Assembly (NCBI RefSeq): GCF_018977255.1
Contig: NW_024704753.1
Span: forward strand, 5,580,001-5,644,000
Origin: Callorhinchus milii
Taxonomy: Eukaryota
Length of the DNA stretch: 64,000 nt
Direction of reading: 5' to 3'
Below the pieces are notes generated by a model, which saw only the letters and a program-made list of their open reading frames with translations, was not told the DNA's origin and ran no database searches. Both the position numbers and the translations under genes were made by a program. How positions within the stretch are numbered: the first letter of the stretch is position 1; each line of letters opens with the position of its first letter. Of this stretch, positions 37,656 to 50,642 are shown piece after piece.

Positions 37656-40600
37656 CTATGCTTCTAATTTCCTGCTTTCTATATATAGCAAATTCCTCAT
37701 ATGATTGGTTGGTATGTTTATTTTCACAAAGGGGTGAGATTATTATCAAAATTGTATTTTCAAATTGTTTTTATCTGAATCTCAACCCTGTTGTTTTGAC
37801 TTTCCCAATAAAACAAAAAGCAGCAAAATAAAGTGGTTGATTTGACCAGGACTGAGATAAAACCCAAATGTTGCAATGTTGGTAGAATCTAGCTTTGAAT
37901 AAATGCAGGAAGAATCAAAGCATAATGGAGAATGATTTAGGCTGAGGTGCAAGTAGATAGATGTCTGTGATAACAAGATAACAGGTGGATTTTCTTGTCA
38001 GTAAAAAAAAGGTTTGTGTGTACTGATTGGACTGAGGTGATGTAGAAATAGGGCACAGGGTTAGCTGGAGACTTATTTAACCGAGGAAGGAGGATAAGTG
38101 GATTAACACGTTTTTCAGTATCAATATTTGTGTGTTCCCTATGTAGGTTGATTGTAATATCAACCTCTTTTTGTCTGTTCCTCCCCCAGTTCCTTTCTGA
38201 TAGGTGACGATGTTGGGTGTTGGATCAAACTGAACACCTCACAATTGCTAAGATTCACTTTCAGTGAATTACACCCAAGCTCCCAGCAGAGTAAGAGTAA
38301 GGGGCACTAAAGACATTTTAAATGTTAGGCTGATGGAAAGGGTACAAGGCAAGCAGACATTAAAATAATTTGTTTTTAAAGCTCCAGTAGTCTTGGGCTA
38401 TAAATAAATGTTATATTTATAGCCCATTTTAAAAACTTCGTAGCTAGCTGCACCCTTGAGATCTGCAGTTAATAAAGCTGATAAAGTTAATTTTGTTAAT
38501 GACTTATTTAAGTACTTTATACATATGCAAAGCACTCGAATATTGAAGAGCAAGGTTTTGTGAGCAGGTAGAATTAGCTAAAAGTTCCCTTGAGCCAAGT
38601 GAAATTTTGTTCCAGTTTAAAATGGTCTGACTTTCATAATAAAATAGATAGTCGAGCCTGTACTTAGTGATGCCCAGGGCCTGCGTTGGCCTTATTGTAC
38701 CTAAAGTATACTCTTGGCTTTACAGAAAAAATTATCTTCAACTCCAAAATTTTGATACAAAGATAGATGCTACTTCAGTAAGACGTATTGCGAGCATGTG
38801 TTGCTGCGGAAATTCTTTATAAGAATAGAGTTTTAAAACAAGATTATAAATTGTTGTGCCATTTAGTTTACGATCCTGAAAAAGCAGATCTATGTACAAT
38901 TGCACCAAAGCTACCACCATGTAATGTAATTAAAATGTTATAATATTTTTCATGGACTGCAATAAATTTCTACACTAGGCAGTGCTTTTGCTAACCGAGC
39001 CATCGGGCATTGCCACCGATAATTAATTGACTAATAAAAGTGAATGAAACTCGTTATTTTTAATGCAGTATTAGCAGGCTGTCAGAGTTAACAGTCTACA
39101 ACGTAAAACAGTGCTTGACGTTAATTAATTTGAGACAAAAAAAATAAAATTGACTAAATAATCCTGCACTATTTCATTCCTCATACCTATCAAAAGACTT
39201 TGAATTGTGTCGTTTTATGAATTAAATATTAATGACCTTGGATCATTACTCCCACCAGGTTTTGTCATTTCTGCACCCAGCTCCTCTTTTTGGATGTCTC
39301 TTCAATTAGAATTTAAATGTGAGATAAGGAACTCTCTGTTACTCCAAGATTGATCAAGATTGCTTCAAAAAACAACATAGTGGCTATTTCTAGTTCATTA
39401 AATGATATTTTGATGGGTAGATACTTTGGTGCATTCTATCTATTTTTGTTTTCATTTTGTTAATGTTTTGAATTTCCAAACATTATTGTATACATACTGG
39501 AATGAATATAGACCCCTGAGCAGCTCTTGCCTCAGTAACAAATTTTCAAACTTTAAAGCAAATCCTTTTTATTAAAGTCTGGGGCTGCAAAGCATGACTT
39601 GCCATTGAAAGAATATAAAAGACCAAATTACCTTTTGCTTCAAAGTCAGAGAAATCTTATCAGAATTGTGTAGTTCCTGGTGTTTCCCTGGAGGTTTTGA
39701 CCCACAACTGCTGATTGAGAATGTGCTCTCTGGATCGTGAAGGATTTGCCTTTAATCAAAATTTAACATTGCAAGAAGGGGAACTTTTTCTGCTATTTAT
39801 AGTGGTGATGCAGATGCATGAATAGTTATTTGTTTGGGCCTGTAGGTTGCAGCTTTACTAAACAGATCGAGCTAAGCATTGGCAGGCAGCAAAAAAAAGG
39901 GTTTGTCTGAGTACCATAGCTGGAAATGGCTTAGAAACCTTTTAGTTCCTGTGCTACTGAATGAACAGCTCTGGACATTGGGGAGCCATTAACTGTTATG
40001 CCATCAAGCTTGTGTTTCTGGGACTCTGAAGGTGTTAAATTTGTAGCAGTGTTATACTGCCGTTTATACTGCTGAGAACAAAGCACCTACACTGCCAGCA
40101 GTCTAATATGGAAAGGGAAACCTGATTTATACTTTGCACTCCACATTATTTTGAATTAGGTTGAAAAATAGAAATGCTTTTCTGTTCTGCAGCTCTTTGT
40201 GTACAGAACACTAATATCTGGTGATTTTAAAGCTATTAAAGAGCCTGTCTTACCATTACTTCTTTAATTGTTTTTTTAAAAACATAATCCGTTTAGGAGC
40301 ACAGCAGTGTTAATCTTATATGATTCACACCACCATACTGCGCAGGTGTGAATGGCACCATTCCCACTACCTTTGCTGTTAGGATTGAGGCTCCATGTGT
40401 GGTATTTTGTGCTCCTGAATCCCCGCTTATTTTGCATGTTTGGTGAAACGCTGTCTAAGTCATTTTGATACACCACCAAACGTACAGTTTAAAACTGCGT
40501 TAGTCTCACTAAATGGTTCTAAATAAATAGCAATGTTATTGAAATAGAAAGGATTCATTTCTTTTAATGTTTGATTACCCATTACTGTTCCACAATAACA

Positions 40601-40989
40601 ATAATCCTTGCATTTGATATAGCGCCGTATCATGTCTTCTAGACGACTCAAAACGCTTCATAGAATAGACTGTAAAGTGAATTGAGTGTATGATTTGTGG
40701 GTGAAACAATCCTTGGATATCACAGTTACATCTCAAAGAATTCAACTAATTCACAATTAGTGGATGGTCTGATTGGCAAATTAAGGAGTATTATGAAATC
40801 ACCAGGAAACAAATCGATGGATTGTAGACTGAGTTCATACTACAGATTCTTTGGGACGTCTTCCCGACGTAAAATGCGTTATCCAAATGTAATATTGTAT
40901 TGTAAAATTAAGTGAACAATACAATATATGTTAAGTTCAGTAAACTCCTTATACCTCATCACTCTAAGGAAAACGAGTTACATGAATAA

Positions 40990-41297
40990 ATTCCAGCCAG
41001 GACATTGGCAGCATGACAAACACTGCGATTGAAGGGGGTAAATTCAGAACAAATCTGCGGAAACACTACTTCAGTGAGAGAGTAGTCAACTTATGAAACA
41101 GGCTCCTTCGGGAGACAGTGGAAGAAGAAAATGTGATTTATTTCAAGAACAAATTAGATAGATTTCTGCTAGAAAATAATATCTAGGGATACAATATATA
41201 GATTGGGGCATGCCATGTCAAGTGACTGCTAGGATGGTGGAAGGAGAACTAGATGGACCTTGGTCTTCTTTCGCCTAGCAAATTTTTATGTTCTTAT
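40990..41297 (+). mobile_element. CR1 3' end nested in an unclassified repeat
   Basis: Encodes KGGKFRTNLRKHYFSERVVNL..FKNKLDRFL and has a tatgttct tail. Confidence 0.8.
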
Positions 41298-42274
41298 GAC
41301 TAAGTGTTAGTGACAAGTTAATTCAGGTTTGAGTTACCAGGAATTTACTATATAGTATTGAACAACGTATTCAATTTCTAACTCAGATTATAAAATCTTA
41401 TCAGGATTTTGTTATTATTTGTTTTCTTCAAATTGTCCTTTTGACTTTTAGTATTGTTAAAGAGCTACTTCCATAACTAAAAATAATACAAACAGAACTA
41501 TGTTGCCAGCAAGCAAACCTCGACAAATCTGCTTAGTTGTGGTGTACGGTGTTCAAATCAGCCCTCAGCTAATTTAAATGCCAATTTCTTTTTCAAATCA
41601 CTATTATTAGATATAGCAGTAGTATATATTGGTATACTACTGCCATTATCCAATAGTATACACTGCAGCAGTATAATTGCGTTATTAGAATACAGTCCAC
41701 ACGTGTGCAGTGTTTGACCTTTGTCTAGGGCATCTCAGACTAATCCAAGAAGGTGCTGTCAGTCCCCTCTTCCAGTCCAAAATCCACTTGGCTTTATTTT
41801 GTGGCTTGATCATTAAAGCTTCAACAAATGTTCAACAGCTCTAATTGCAGATATTTTTGTTTCATTGAATGAGCAAAGTGTTTTACCAAGCATTCTTGTA
41901 AAGTGATCAGTGTGACATTTTCTCCCCATTTCAAGCATTTCTGACTGAGAGGCAGGCAGGGGAGCACATCAAGCAATTAGTGGTCTGAAGCAGATGCAAC
42001 AGTTTCTAATTGTTCTGTTAATTAGTAATGAGAGACTAAATTGACAGTTTTGAAATGTTCCAAACTTTACTGCAGTGGTTAACTAAAAGCTTTGTTTTCT
42101 ATTCACCTTTCGTAAGTTTTAGTAATACACCTTTTTAAAATACGTAGTCCATTGTAAAATGTTTAGATCTTTTACCAATGCTACACCAATCCTTGACTGC
42201 ATTCCCATAGATGATCACATTGCAGATTATATTACTTTATTATTATATTATGGCTATAGAAATGTGATCTGCTA

Positions 42275-42457
42275 AGAACTCGCTACCTCAAAGAGCTGTT
42301 GACGCTCAGTCCTTGAACATAATCAAGACTTAGATAGATATATTTCTTATTGCAAAAGGGATTAAGGGATATGGGGATAAGGCAAGGTTATGTTATTAGC
42401 TGGAGTTAGATTAGACTCCGAATGGCCTACTCCTGCTCCTACATGTTATGTTATGTT
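42275..42457 (+). mobile_element. CR1 3' end, third subfamily
   Basis: aactcgctacctcaaagagctgtt..gggattaagggatatgggga..gaatggcctactcctgctcct with a (tatgt)n tail. Confidence 0.75.
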
Positions 42458-43544
42458 AAATGAAAATAGAATAGTTTTGTAGCCTGAAAAGGACTTGTCA
42501 ATTGGCATCTAAACTATAGGGATAATAAAAGAAAGAGAACGATATTGCTTGACCTGAAAGAGGAATAAGAAATTATTGGTTAATTGCACATAATGACAAC
42601 TGTAGATTAAGCGCTTTGAGACGTCTCAACAATGTGATAAGGCGCTATATCAAATGCAAGGATTATTATAGATATATGACCATGGTTTTTCAGCTTCCAT
42701 TGGTTTGGTCTTCTCTCTTTAAATTCTTTGTACTCTGGAAGGACACAAAATTATCTCCAGATGTGTTTCATCCTCTTTTTACATAAGTTATGAATTGATC
42801 TCCATTTACTTACTCTTTGATGAGAATGAATGATCAACACTGACTTTTTCGCTTCCCGAACGCAGCTTTTGTATTGGCTTTATCCATATGGAGCCCAAGG
42901 CTGACAGAGCATGTCAGACTGGAGTGGATTATGAAGCTAAGATTTTCTACTCATTTTTTACCTTTTTATGCTGCTAGAATTTAAAGTGAACACTTTAGAA
43001 TTTGCTTCATTCATAAGTTTTAAAATAATTGGAACATATTGAATTTTACAGGAGTTTTATAGAAGAATCCTATCAGAAAGTAATTTAAGCAAGTGATTTA
43101 ATGTAACCAATTTTTTATCACATATTTTGATTGATTAGAAGACATTGAACGTTGTCTTAATTTAAATTTAAGTTTAAAAATTCAAGTCGGAAATAGTTTA
43201 TGGTTGTGATGGTCCTGAAACATTTATGGATTATTGATTTTCACGATGAAACAGCTGCCATTGTTTTTTGGTGATGTGAGTCAACTAAGAGTTGTATTCT
43301 TCTTTCTAATAATAATAATCCTTGAATTTGATATAGCACCTTATCACATCTTCGACACGTCTCAAAGTACTTCAATGTGATCAGTGTTTTTTTGGCTGGA
43401 GTAATACACATTACAACACATGGATTGCATTTAATGTTTGTGCAGAAATGCTCTATGCCAAACAGCAGAAATGTGGTTGCTTCTGTAAACAGATCAATTT
43501 CAAGATCTTCACACTTGTTTTCATATTCTTTCATGCCCTGGCAC

Positions 43545-44005
43545 CTCCCTAACTTTCCGACCTGCTTACTCCCCAACCCACTACCCTCCGTATCACCCCC
43601 TCCCTTGTCACCTTCACGACTGGCCTCGAGACCCTCCTCTTCGACCGTGCTTTCGATCTCCCTGCTTCCCCGTCTGCCCTCCCCCATCTCTTACCCTGAT
43701 CCTCAGCTCGGGTCCATAACTCTGTCTGTCCAGCGCCTTGGGACATCCTCCCAATGTGAAAGACGCTTTACAAATGTAATTTTGCTGTTGTTGTTGTTAC
43801 TGTTCTGCACGCCGGGCAGGGTCCTAGAGGTTTGAAAGTGGCAAAGTCTGATGCCGGGGGAGAGGAAGGGGTGGCGGTGACCGTAAGCAAGATCAAAAAG
43901 GAAGTTCTTTAGGGTATTTGAAGGTGGGGAGGGAGGCCGCAAGACGAAGGGCTTGAGGGAGAGAGTTCCAGAGTTTCGGGGCATTGTGGCTAAATGCACG
44001 GCTAC
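43545..44005. mobile_element. Two L2 3' ends tail-to-tail: + at 43545-43798 and - at about 43808-44005
   Basis: The + copy ends cagcgccttgggacatcctccc..ttgttgttg. The - copy matches the 15640-15830 type (LKNFLFDLAY). Confidence 0.8.
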
Positions 44006-44116
44006 CCTGCCTTCAGTATTAAACTCTATCCATCTTTAAATGCAAGTATACCAAAGGAAAATACCTTCTTCCGGGAAATCACTGAAGATTGGAAAATAAA
44101 TGTCAAACCAGTTCAG

Positions 44117-44455
44117 ATAATAATAATAATAATAATAATAATAATCCTTGCATTTGATATAGCGCTTTTCACGTCGGGAGGACGTCCCAAAGCGCTTCAC
44201 AGAACACACTGTAAAGTGAATTGACTGTATATTTGTGGGCGAACGCGGCAGCCAATTGCGCACAGCAATGTCCCACAAACAGTCGTAGATTGAAAATGAC
44301 CAATTTTTATTATTGTTTTTGGTTTTGGATGGATTATTATTAGGCTCTGTGTGGAGTAAGGAAACTTGCCCAAGGTTTCGCCCTCTGCCTGGAATTGAAC
44401 TCAGGTCTCTCACTTGCAAAGCGAGTGCTCTAACCACTGAGCTACAGGACTCCAC
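44117..44455 (-). mobile_element. Full-length young tRNA/Deu SINE
   Basis: Intact head with an Ala-like TGC loop (ctcgct ttgca agtgag), CpGs retained, long (TTA)n tail. Confidence 0.92.
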
Positions 44456-45487
44456 TAATTGCTAATTCCCTCCAAGAGAAATTCGTATATCTCACTGCTG
44501 TCTTTGACTTCAGTCATAGAGTTGCATCAAATTCCATTCACCAGATTGTGAGAAATTCAAACAAGTTAATTTATCTTGCAAACCTCACTTATGACAAATA
44601 TGAATTATAACAGCTATTAAAGGCAAAAGTAAATGCCTGGAATATTTATGACTATATGGCTGTATACTATGCTGGCAATTTAGCTTGTTAACGCCATACT
44701 GTGCATTGATGAATACTTAACCAGGAGATGCTATTACTTATGAACATTATGTTGAAGAAAGAATAAGGCTAGCTATAAAATTTTAGATAGGGTGTAATCT
44801 TTTGATGAACACAATTTATGTTAAAAAAGGACTTGCTGAACATTGCAAATTATTTGTTTCACACACCTCAACCATAAGGAGTATACCACAGTACAAGGTT
44901 ATTTGTCTTTTATGGGACACAGGTAGCCAGGCATACTTCTGCAGAGCAACTCTTTTATAAGTCAGTGGATCTCAGTCCGTCAACTCAGACCCCTAGAATA
45001 AAACAAAGCGAAAAAAAAAGGCTGAATTTTTAGTTGTCAGGTCACCTTACATCGCTTGCACGGTATGGGCAAGAAGCGCCAAACTCTTCACAAAGTGAGC
45101 ACATGTGCAACACCCCGGAAGTGATGGCTGGAGCAAACAACTGGGAAGGTTGCCATTTTATTTAGCAGGGGCTGCCAACTAGTCAGCATTGGAAGGTGGG
45201 TCCTTCAGGTATTGTATGGGTTCACAGTACATCCTCATTATGAGCATACATGGAAACATTCTAATGGGGTTGATTTGGATATAAAGCTCTACAATACACA
45301 GCCGCTACATTTCACAGTAAAATCTTGTGAAGCACTTTGAGACGTCTTCATGGTGTGGTAAGGTGCTATATCAAGTACAAGGATTGTTGTTGTTATGACT
45401 AAGTGCTGATGTCACCGAGATTGGTGAATTTATTTTGGTAAACAGTGAAGTGAATGGTGGGAGATTTTAAATCTATGTATGCCAATA

Positions 45488-46380
45488 AATCATCAAATCA
45501 TAGAATCATACAGCAGAGAAGGAGGCTATTCGGCCCATCGTGTTCATGCCGGCAATTTGAAAGAGTTGTTCAAATTAATCCCACTCCCTCGCTCTCTCCC
45601 CATAGCCCAGCGAATTTGTCCTCTCCAAATATCTATCTACTTCTCTCTTGAAAGTTGTTATTGAATAGGCTTCAACCACCGCTTCAGGCAACGCTTTCCA
45701 GATCCGAACAACTCGCTGTGTGAAAAAATTTCTCCTCACCTCCCCTCTGGTTCTTTTGGCGACTATTTTAAATCTGTGTCCTCTCGTTACTGACCCACCC
45801 ACTAATGGAAACAATTTCTCGCTGTTCACCCTATTGAATCCCCTTATAATTTTGAACACCTCCCCTTAACCTTCTCTGCTCCGAGAGTAATCCCAGCTTC
45901 TCTCGCCTCTCCTGATAACTGAAGTCCCTCATTCCTGGTACCATCCTGGTACATCTCCTTTATATCCTCTCCAATGCCTCGATATCCTTCCTAAAGTGTG
46001 GTGCCCAGAACTGAACACAGTCTCTCGCTGAGGCCTAACCAGTGTTTTATAAAGGTTCATCATAACCTCCTTTTGTATTCTATGCCTCCATTTATAAAGC
46101 AAAGGATCCCGTATGTTCTTTTAGCAGCTTTATCTTCCTGTACTGCCACCTTCAAAGATTTGTTTATGTGGACCCCCAGGTCCCTCTGTTCCTGCAATCC
46201 TTTATGATTGTACCATCTAGTTTATATCGCCTCTCCTCATTCTTCCTCCCAAAATGCATTACTTTGCATTTCTCCACATTAAATTTCATCTGCCATGTAT
46301 CTGCCATTTCACTAGTGTTCTCTTGCAGTCTGCTACTTTCCTCCTCACCAAATACTACTTTTCTTAGCTTTCTATCAAAT
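45488..46380 (-). mobile_element. CR1 LINE 3' portion
   Basis: ORF 45575-45859 reads FKIIRGF..TRGHRFKI..RRNFFTQRVVRIWKALP. Has an (attctatg)n-like tail. Confidence 0.92.
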
Positions 46381-46450
46381 CTTTATATTACTTCATCTGT
46401 CAATATGCCTTCTTAATCTATAGTGATGCAATTTGTCCATGTTAGCTTTA

Positions 46451-46980
46451 AGCATTCAGAACTCTGCAGCTCGTGTATTGTCCCGCACCAGGCTTCGCGG
46501 CCACATCACTCCCACCCTCGCTCGCCTCCACTGGCTCCCCATCCCCCAGAGGATCGAATTCAAGATCCTCATCCTCACCTACAAGGCCATTCACGGCCTC
46601 GCTCCCTCCTACCTCTCCGACCTACTATCCTCCCACGTACCTGCTCGTACCCTCCGTTCCTCTGGCTCCGGTCTGCTCCACATCCCCCGCCCCAACTGCC
46701 CTACCATCGGTGGCCGGGCCTTCAGCCTCTCAGCCCCGAGGCTCTGGAACTCCATCCCCCAGTGCCTTCGCCGCTTCCTCCCTTTCCTCCTTCAAGACCT
46801 TTCTCTTTGACCGTGCCTTCAGCTCCCCTCTTGACTCTCTACCCCCTCCTCGCTCCCTCCCTTCCCTCACCCTGACCATTTCCCCCCTGCACAGGTCCTG
46901 ACCCAACTGTCCAGCTCCTTGGGACGTCCTCCCGACGTGAAAGGCGCTCTATAAATGGAATCTTGTTGTTGTTGTTGTTT
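46451..46980 (+). mobile_element. L2 LINE 3' portion
   Basis: Encodes IQNSAARVL..HITPTLARLHWLPIPQRIEFKILILTYKA..GGRAFSLSAPRLWNSIP and has a (TTG)n tail. Confidence 0.93.
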
Positions 46981-47394
46981 CTGTTCAATTATTTTGCAGT
47001 AAAAACAATTTAAGTTCAAATGTTTTTTGAAAATTGTTTTAAATATTAAATGTGTAGCTATACTTTTTTTAAAAAAACATTTTAACCATGTCTGTAATAA
47101 TATAGATGTTTTTCCTTCAAATTACTGTGTAGTTTTTTTCATTTTAAATTTAATTATAGGATCTTATATTTTACTCACGTCCAACCAGAACAAGTTGAGA
47201 TGTTTTCTTAAAAAATCAATACTGTTGATGATTTCAATTAGCTCTTTGTTAGTTTTGCACAGGTCTAAAGTGTTGATTGACATACCCAGTGAGATTGCAG
47301 GAGATTAGAACAAGAGTCATGTTCCTGTCATTCTACGTACAACACACTGGACAGCTCTATGAACTACGGAGTCGTTTTGTAACTTTGAACAACC

Positions 47395-48132
47395 TGGAAA
47401 ATAAAAACCTAAATGGGGTAGAGGAGCAAAGGGATCTAGTTGTACACATACACAATTCACTAAAAGTAGCAATGCAGGTTTATTAGGCCATAAAAAGAAC
47501 AAACCAGGCATTGTTTTTTTTAGAGAGGGATAGAAATGAAAAGCAGGGAAGTTATGGTAAACTTCTATTGAACCTTGGTTAGACCACACTTAGAATAATG
47601 TGTGCAGTTCTGGTCCCCACATTATAGAAGGGATGTAGAGGCACTGGAGAGGGTGGAAAAGAGATTCACAAAGATGATCCCAGAACTGAGAGGTTATACC
47701 TATCAGGAAAGGCTGAACATGCTTGGACTCTTCTCTTGAAAAGAGGAGGGTAAGGGGTGACCTGATAGAGGTCTTTAAAATTATGAAAAGTTTTGATAGG
47801 GTAGACATAGGGAAGATGTTTCCACTTGTGGGGGAGACCAAAACCAGGGGCTAACAATGTAAAATAGTCACAAATAGATCAAATAGGGAAGTTAGAAGAA
47901 GTTTCTTCACACAGAGAGGAGTGGGAATGTTTACACTACCACAAGGAGTTGTTAAGGTAAATAGCATAGATGTAGTTAAGGGAAAGCTAGATAGATACAT
48001 CAGGAAGAAAGGAATAGAAGGTTTTGCTTGAAGGCTTAGTTGAGGAAGGGCAAGAGGAGGTTCATGTGGAACATAAACATAGGCATAGACCAGTTGGGCC
48101 GAATGGCCTGTTTCTGTGCTGTATATTCTAAT
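47395..48132 (+). mobile_element. CR1 LINE 3' portion, degraded
   Basis: Contains LNGVEEQRDL, then LVRPHLE..VQFWSPHYRRDVEALERV across frameshifts. Ends gaatggcctgtttctgtgctgta. Confidence 0.9.
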
Positions 48133-48284
48133 GTATTCTCATGTATACCTTGAACATACCTAACCGAAATAAGATGAGGGGTTTAATGACTCTGATAACC
48201 CTAATTTAAAACTTTTTCTTTAGATTAACGCCATCATTTCAAACAACTCTTTTGGAGGTATGAATATTGAAAGATTTAGAATTG

Positions 48285-48410
48285 CATAGACTGTACAGCA
48301 CCGAAACAGGCCATTCAACCAAAATGTCGGTGTTTATATTCCTTGTCAGCCTCCACCCATCCTAATTAACCACACATATTCATCCTTTTTCACTCATGTA
48401 TGATTTCTTT
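48285..48410 (-). mobile_element. CR1 3' tail of the same family as 47395-48132
   Basis: tacagcaccgaaacaggccattc is the reverse complement of 48101-48123 at 22/23 positions. Confidence 0.7.
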
Positions 48411-50476
48411 AAAGAGAGGGAGAGTAACGGACACACAGACAGTTATGTAGCATGGTATTGATGTGAAGAAGAGAATAAAGAATGTAGATTTTTCAGTTGC
48501 TCATATGTTTCATTACTTATGTTCACTGTAACTTAATGCACCACTAATACCAATAGCGGTCTAATTACGTAGAATATTGCTGCTGTCACTTTGAGCATGG
48601 AATTGCTTATGGGGTTAGAACATTTTTGATTGTTTGGCAACTTGACTTTCCTATTCAAAATGGAAAGGTTTAACATTCTGCTTTCTTGAGTAGTTTTCCT
48701 GATGTTTTTCCTGGGAAGGGTTTAAATAAAGTACATTGAAGTTATCAACATGTTTACTGTGAAAATTGCACATTCTCTGTATACTCAGCAATATAGCTCA
48801 GTGCAAAATCTTTCCAGTTACACATATCAGATGCTGTTGAATGGTGAGTAATTAACCCATCTAGAAACATTTGCATATTTTAATGAAGAACAGTTGCGAT
48901 TTTTTTTGAGAAAAAATTATGTAGATTTTTCAGTTGCTCAAATATTTCATTACTTTAATTCAGACTATAAGAATTTCCACGTGTTAATGTGTATCAAAAT
49001 AATTAAATCACATGCCATCTTTTCACCTTTAGATTTCAGAATCAAAAATGTGTTTCTGCACTCAATCTAAATAACAAGTTACCAGGTTATATTTTCCATA
49101 GATTACATTTCAAGCTACGAAGACATGGTTAAAAATCTATTATGTAGTGCTCTGTATCCTTGTACTCTGTGTTGCTTATCTGATAGTGACATTGCCTTAA
49201 TGTAGTTTTACTTTGAGTGAAGCTCTGGTTGCACTGCCAGTCATAGATCTTGAAACTTGAAAGCAGAAATGAATAATGAATTGAAGTACAAACTTAGGGG
49301 CAGAAAAAGCACTACCCTGGTCAGAAATACTGAAACAAGCAAAAAAAGGCAGAGGTTGGCTCCAAATGTTTTCATGCACAGAACATAGTGGAGTCAGCCA
49401 TTTCATAGTTTGTTCCCAGAGGTGTTAATTCACCAAAAGCGAACATATCTTAATGCTAAAGATGCTAAACATACCATCCATTCATATAAAAATCCTGCAC
49501 CAACATTTTGTTTGAAATTTTAAATTAATTAATTCAGTTTTAGAAAGTCATTTACATTGCTTTTTGAAGTAGAGAAGAGTACTTAGTTACATGCCAATTA
49601 ACAAGATGATGGTCTTCCATTTGTATGGTTTATAAAAAAATTCACCCCTTTTATCCTGTCAGCACTACCACCCTTTTAGCTACAGGGAACAGAAAAGGCA
49701 ATTGAATGCATATTCCAGAAGCAAATAGTTCTGTTTTTTCTATCCTTCATATATCATATCAACCATTGCTGGTATGCTGAACAGGTGACATGTGACTTCT
49801 TCCTCTTATAATGTATAAATGAACCTTCATAATGATGATTGTGTTGTTTTAACTCAGTTGAAGGAAATGCCTTCTTACATTTGGGTGAAGGAAAATATAC
49901 CGCACAGGATGTTGAGAACTGTCTTCAGTATTGTGTCCAATTTGGCCCATCATTCTGAATGTCAAGGTCTATTTTCCTGACTTAACATTTTGTTTTAAGT
50001 GCAGGAAAGACTTTGTTGTAACAGTCTTGCTTTGCACTTTAGAGTCTTCCATCAAAATATGAATGTGTCATGCAGATTTTCTCAATGTTTCAAAGGAAGC
50101 TCTGACGAAATTAAGAGCAGAATGGCCAAGATTGATATTTTCAAAATACCAAAATCCCAAGTGAGCGATGGGTAGTGAGTCTCGCCAAGTTCTCTGACTG
50201 GGAGATGGTGTGTCAGCACAACAGTGACTCTTCCCTTCACTGAAGGGCTGAAATCCCAATTGAAGTTTATGTCGCAACTGTGATAATGTAAGATTATAAT
50301 GGAGAAATCCCATTAGAGAGGTCAACATTGTAATTATACCCATGTGGAACATTGCATTTTTCAATATTGCATAAACAGAAATTTCAAACTAGTCTCAGTT
50401 TTTGTATTACTACTATTAACTAATAGTAATTAACATAATGGAGTTGGTTTTACTCTCATTGTATAAAACATTTCAC

Positions 50477-50642
50477 AGAATCATAGAATTATACAAACAC
50501 AGACGGAGGCCATTTGGCTCATCGTGTCTGTGCCAGCTCTTTGAAAAGAGCTATCCAATTCAATCCCATTCCTGCGCTCCCTCCCCATAGCCCTGCAAAT
50601 TTATCCTCCCCAAATATCTATCTAATTCTCTCTTAAAAGTGG
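50477..50642 (-). mobile_element. CR1 3' end; an older CR1-like RT remnant lies at about 50780-51030
   Basis: agaatcatagaattatac..ggaggccatt..ccccatagccctgcaaattt. Confidence 0.82.

Noticed and set aside
44380-44455. tRNA-Ala-like sequence, also at about 1300-1365, 55340-55400 and 60700-60771
   Set aside because: These are SINE heads. There is no acceptor stem, the loop triplet varies between copies and each is fused to the Deu body.
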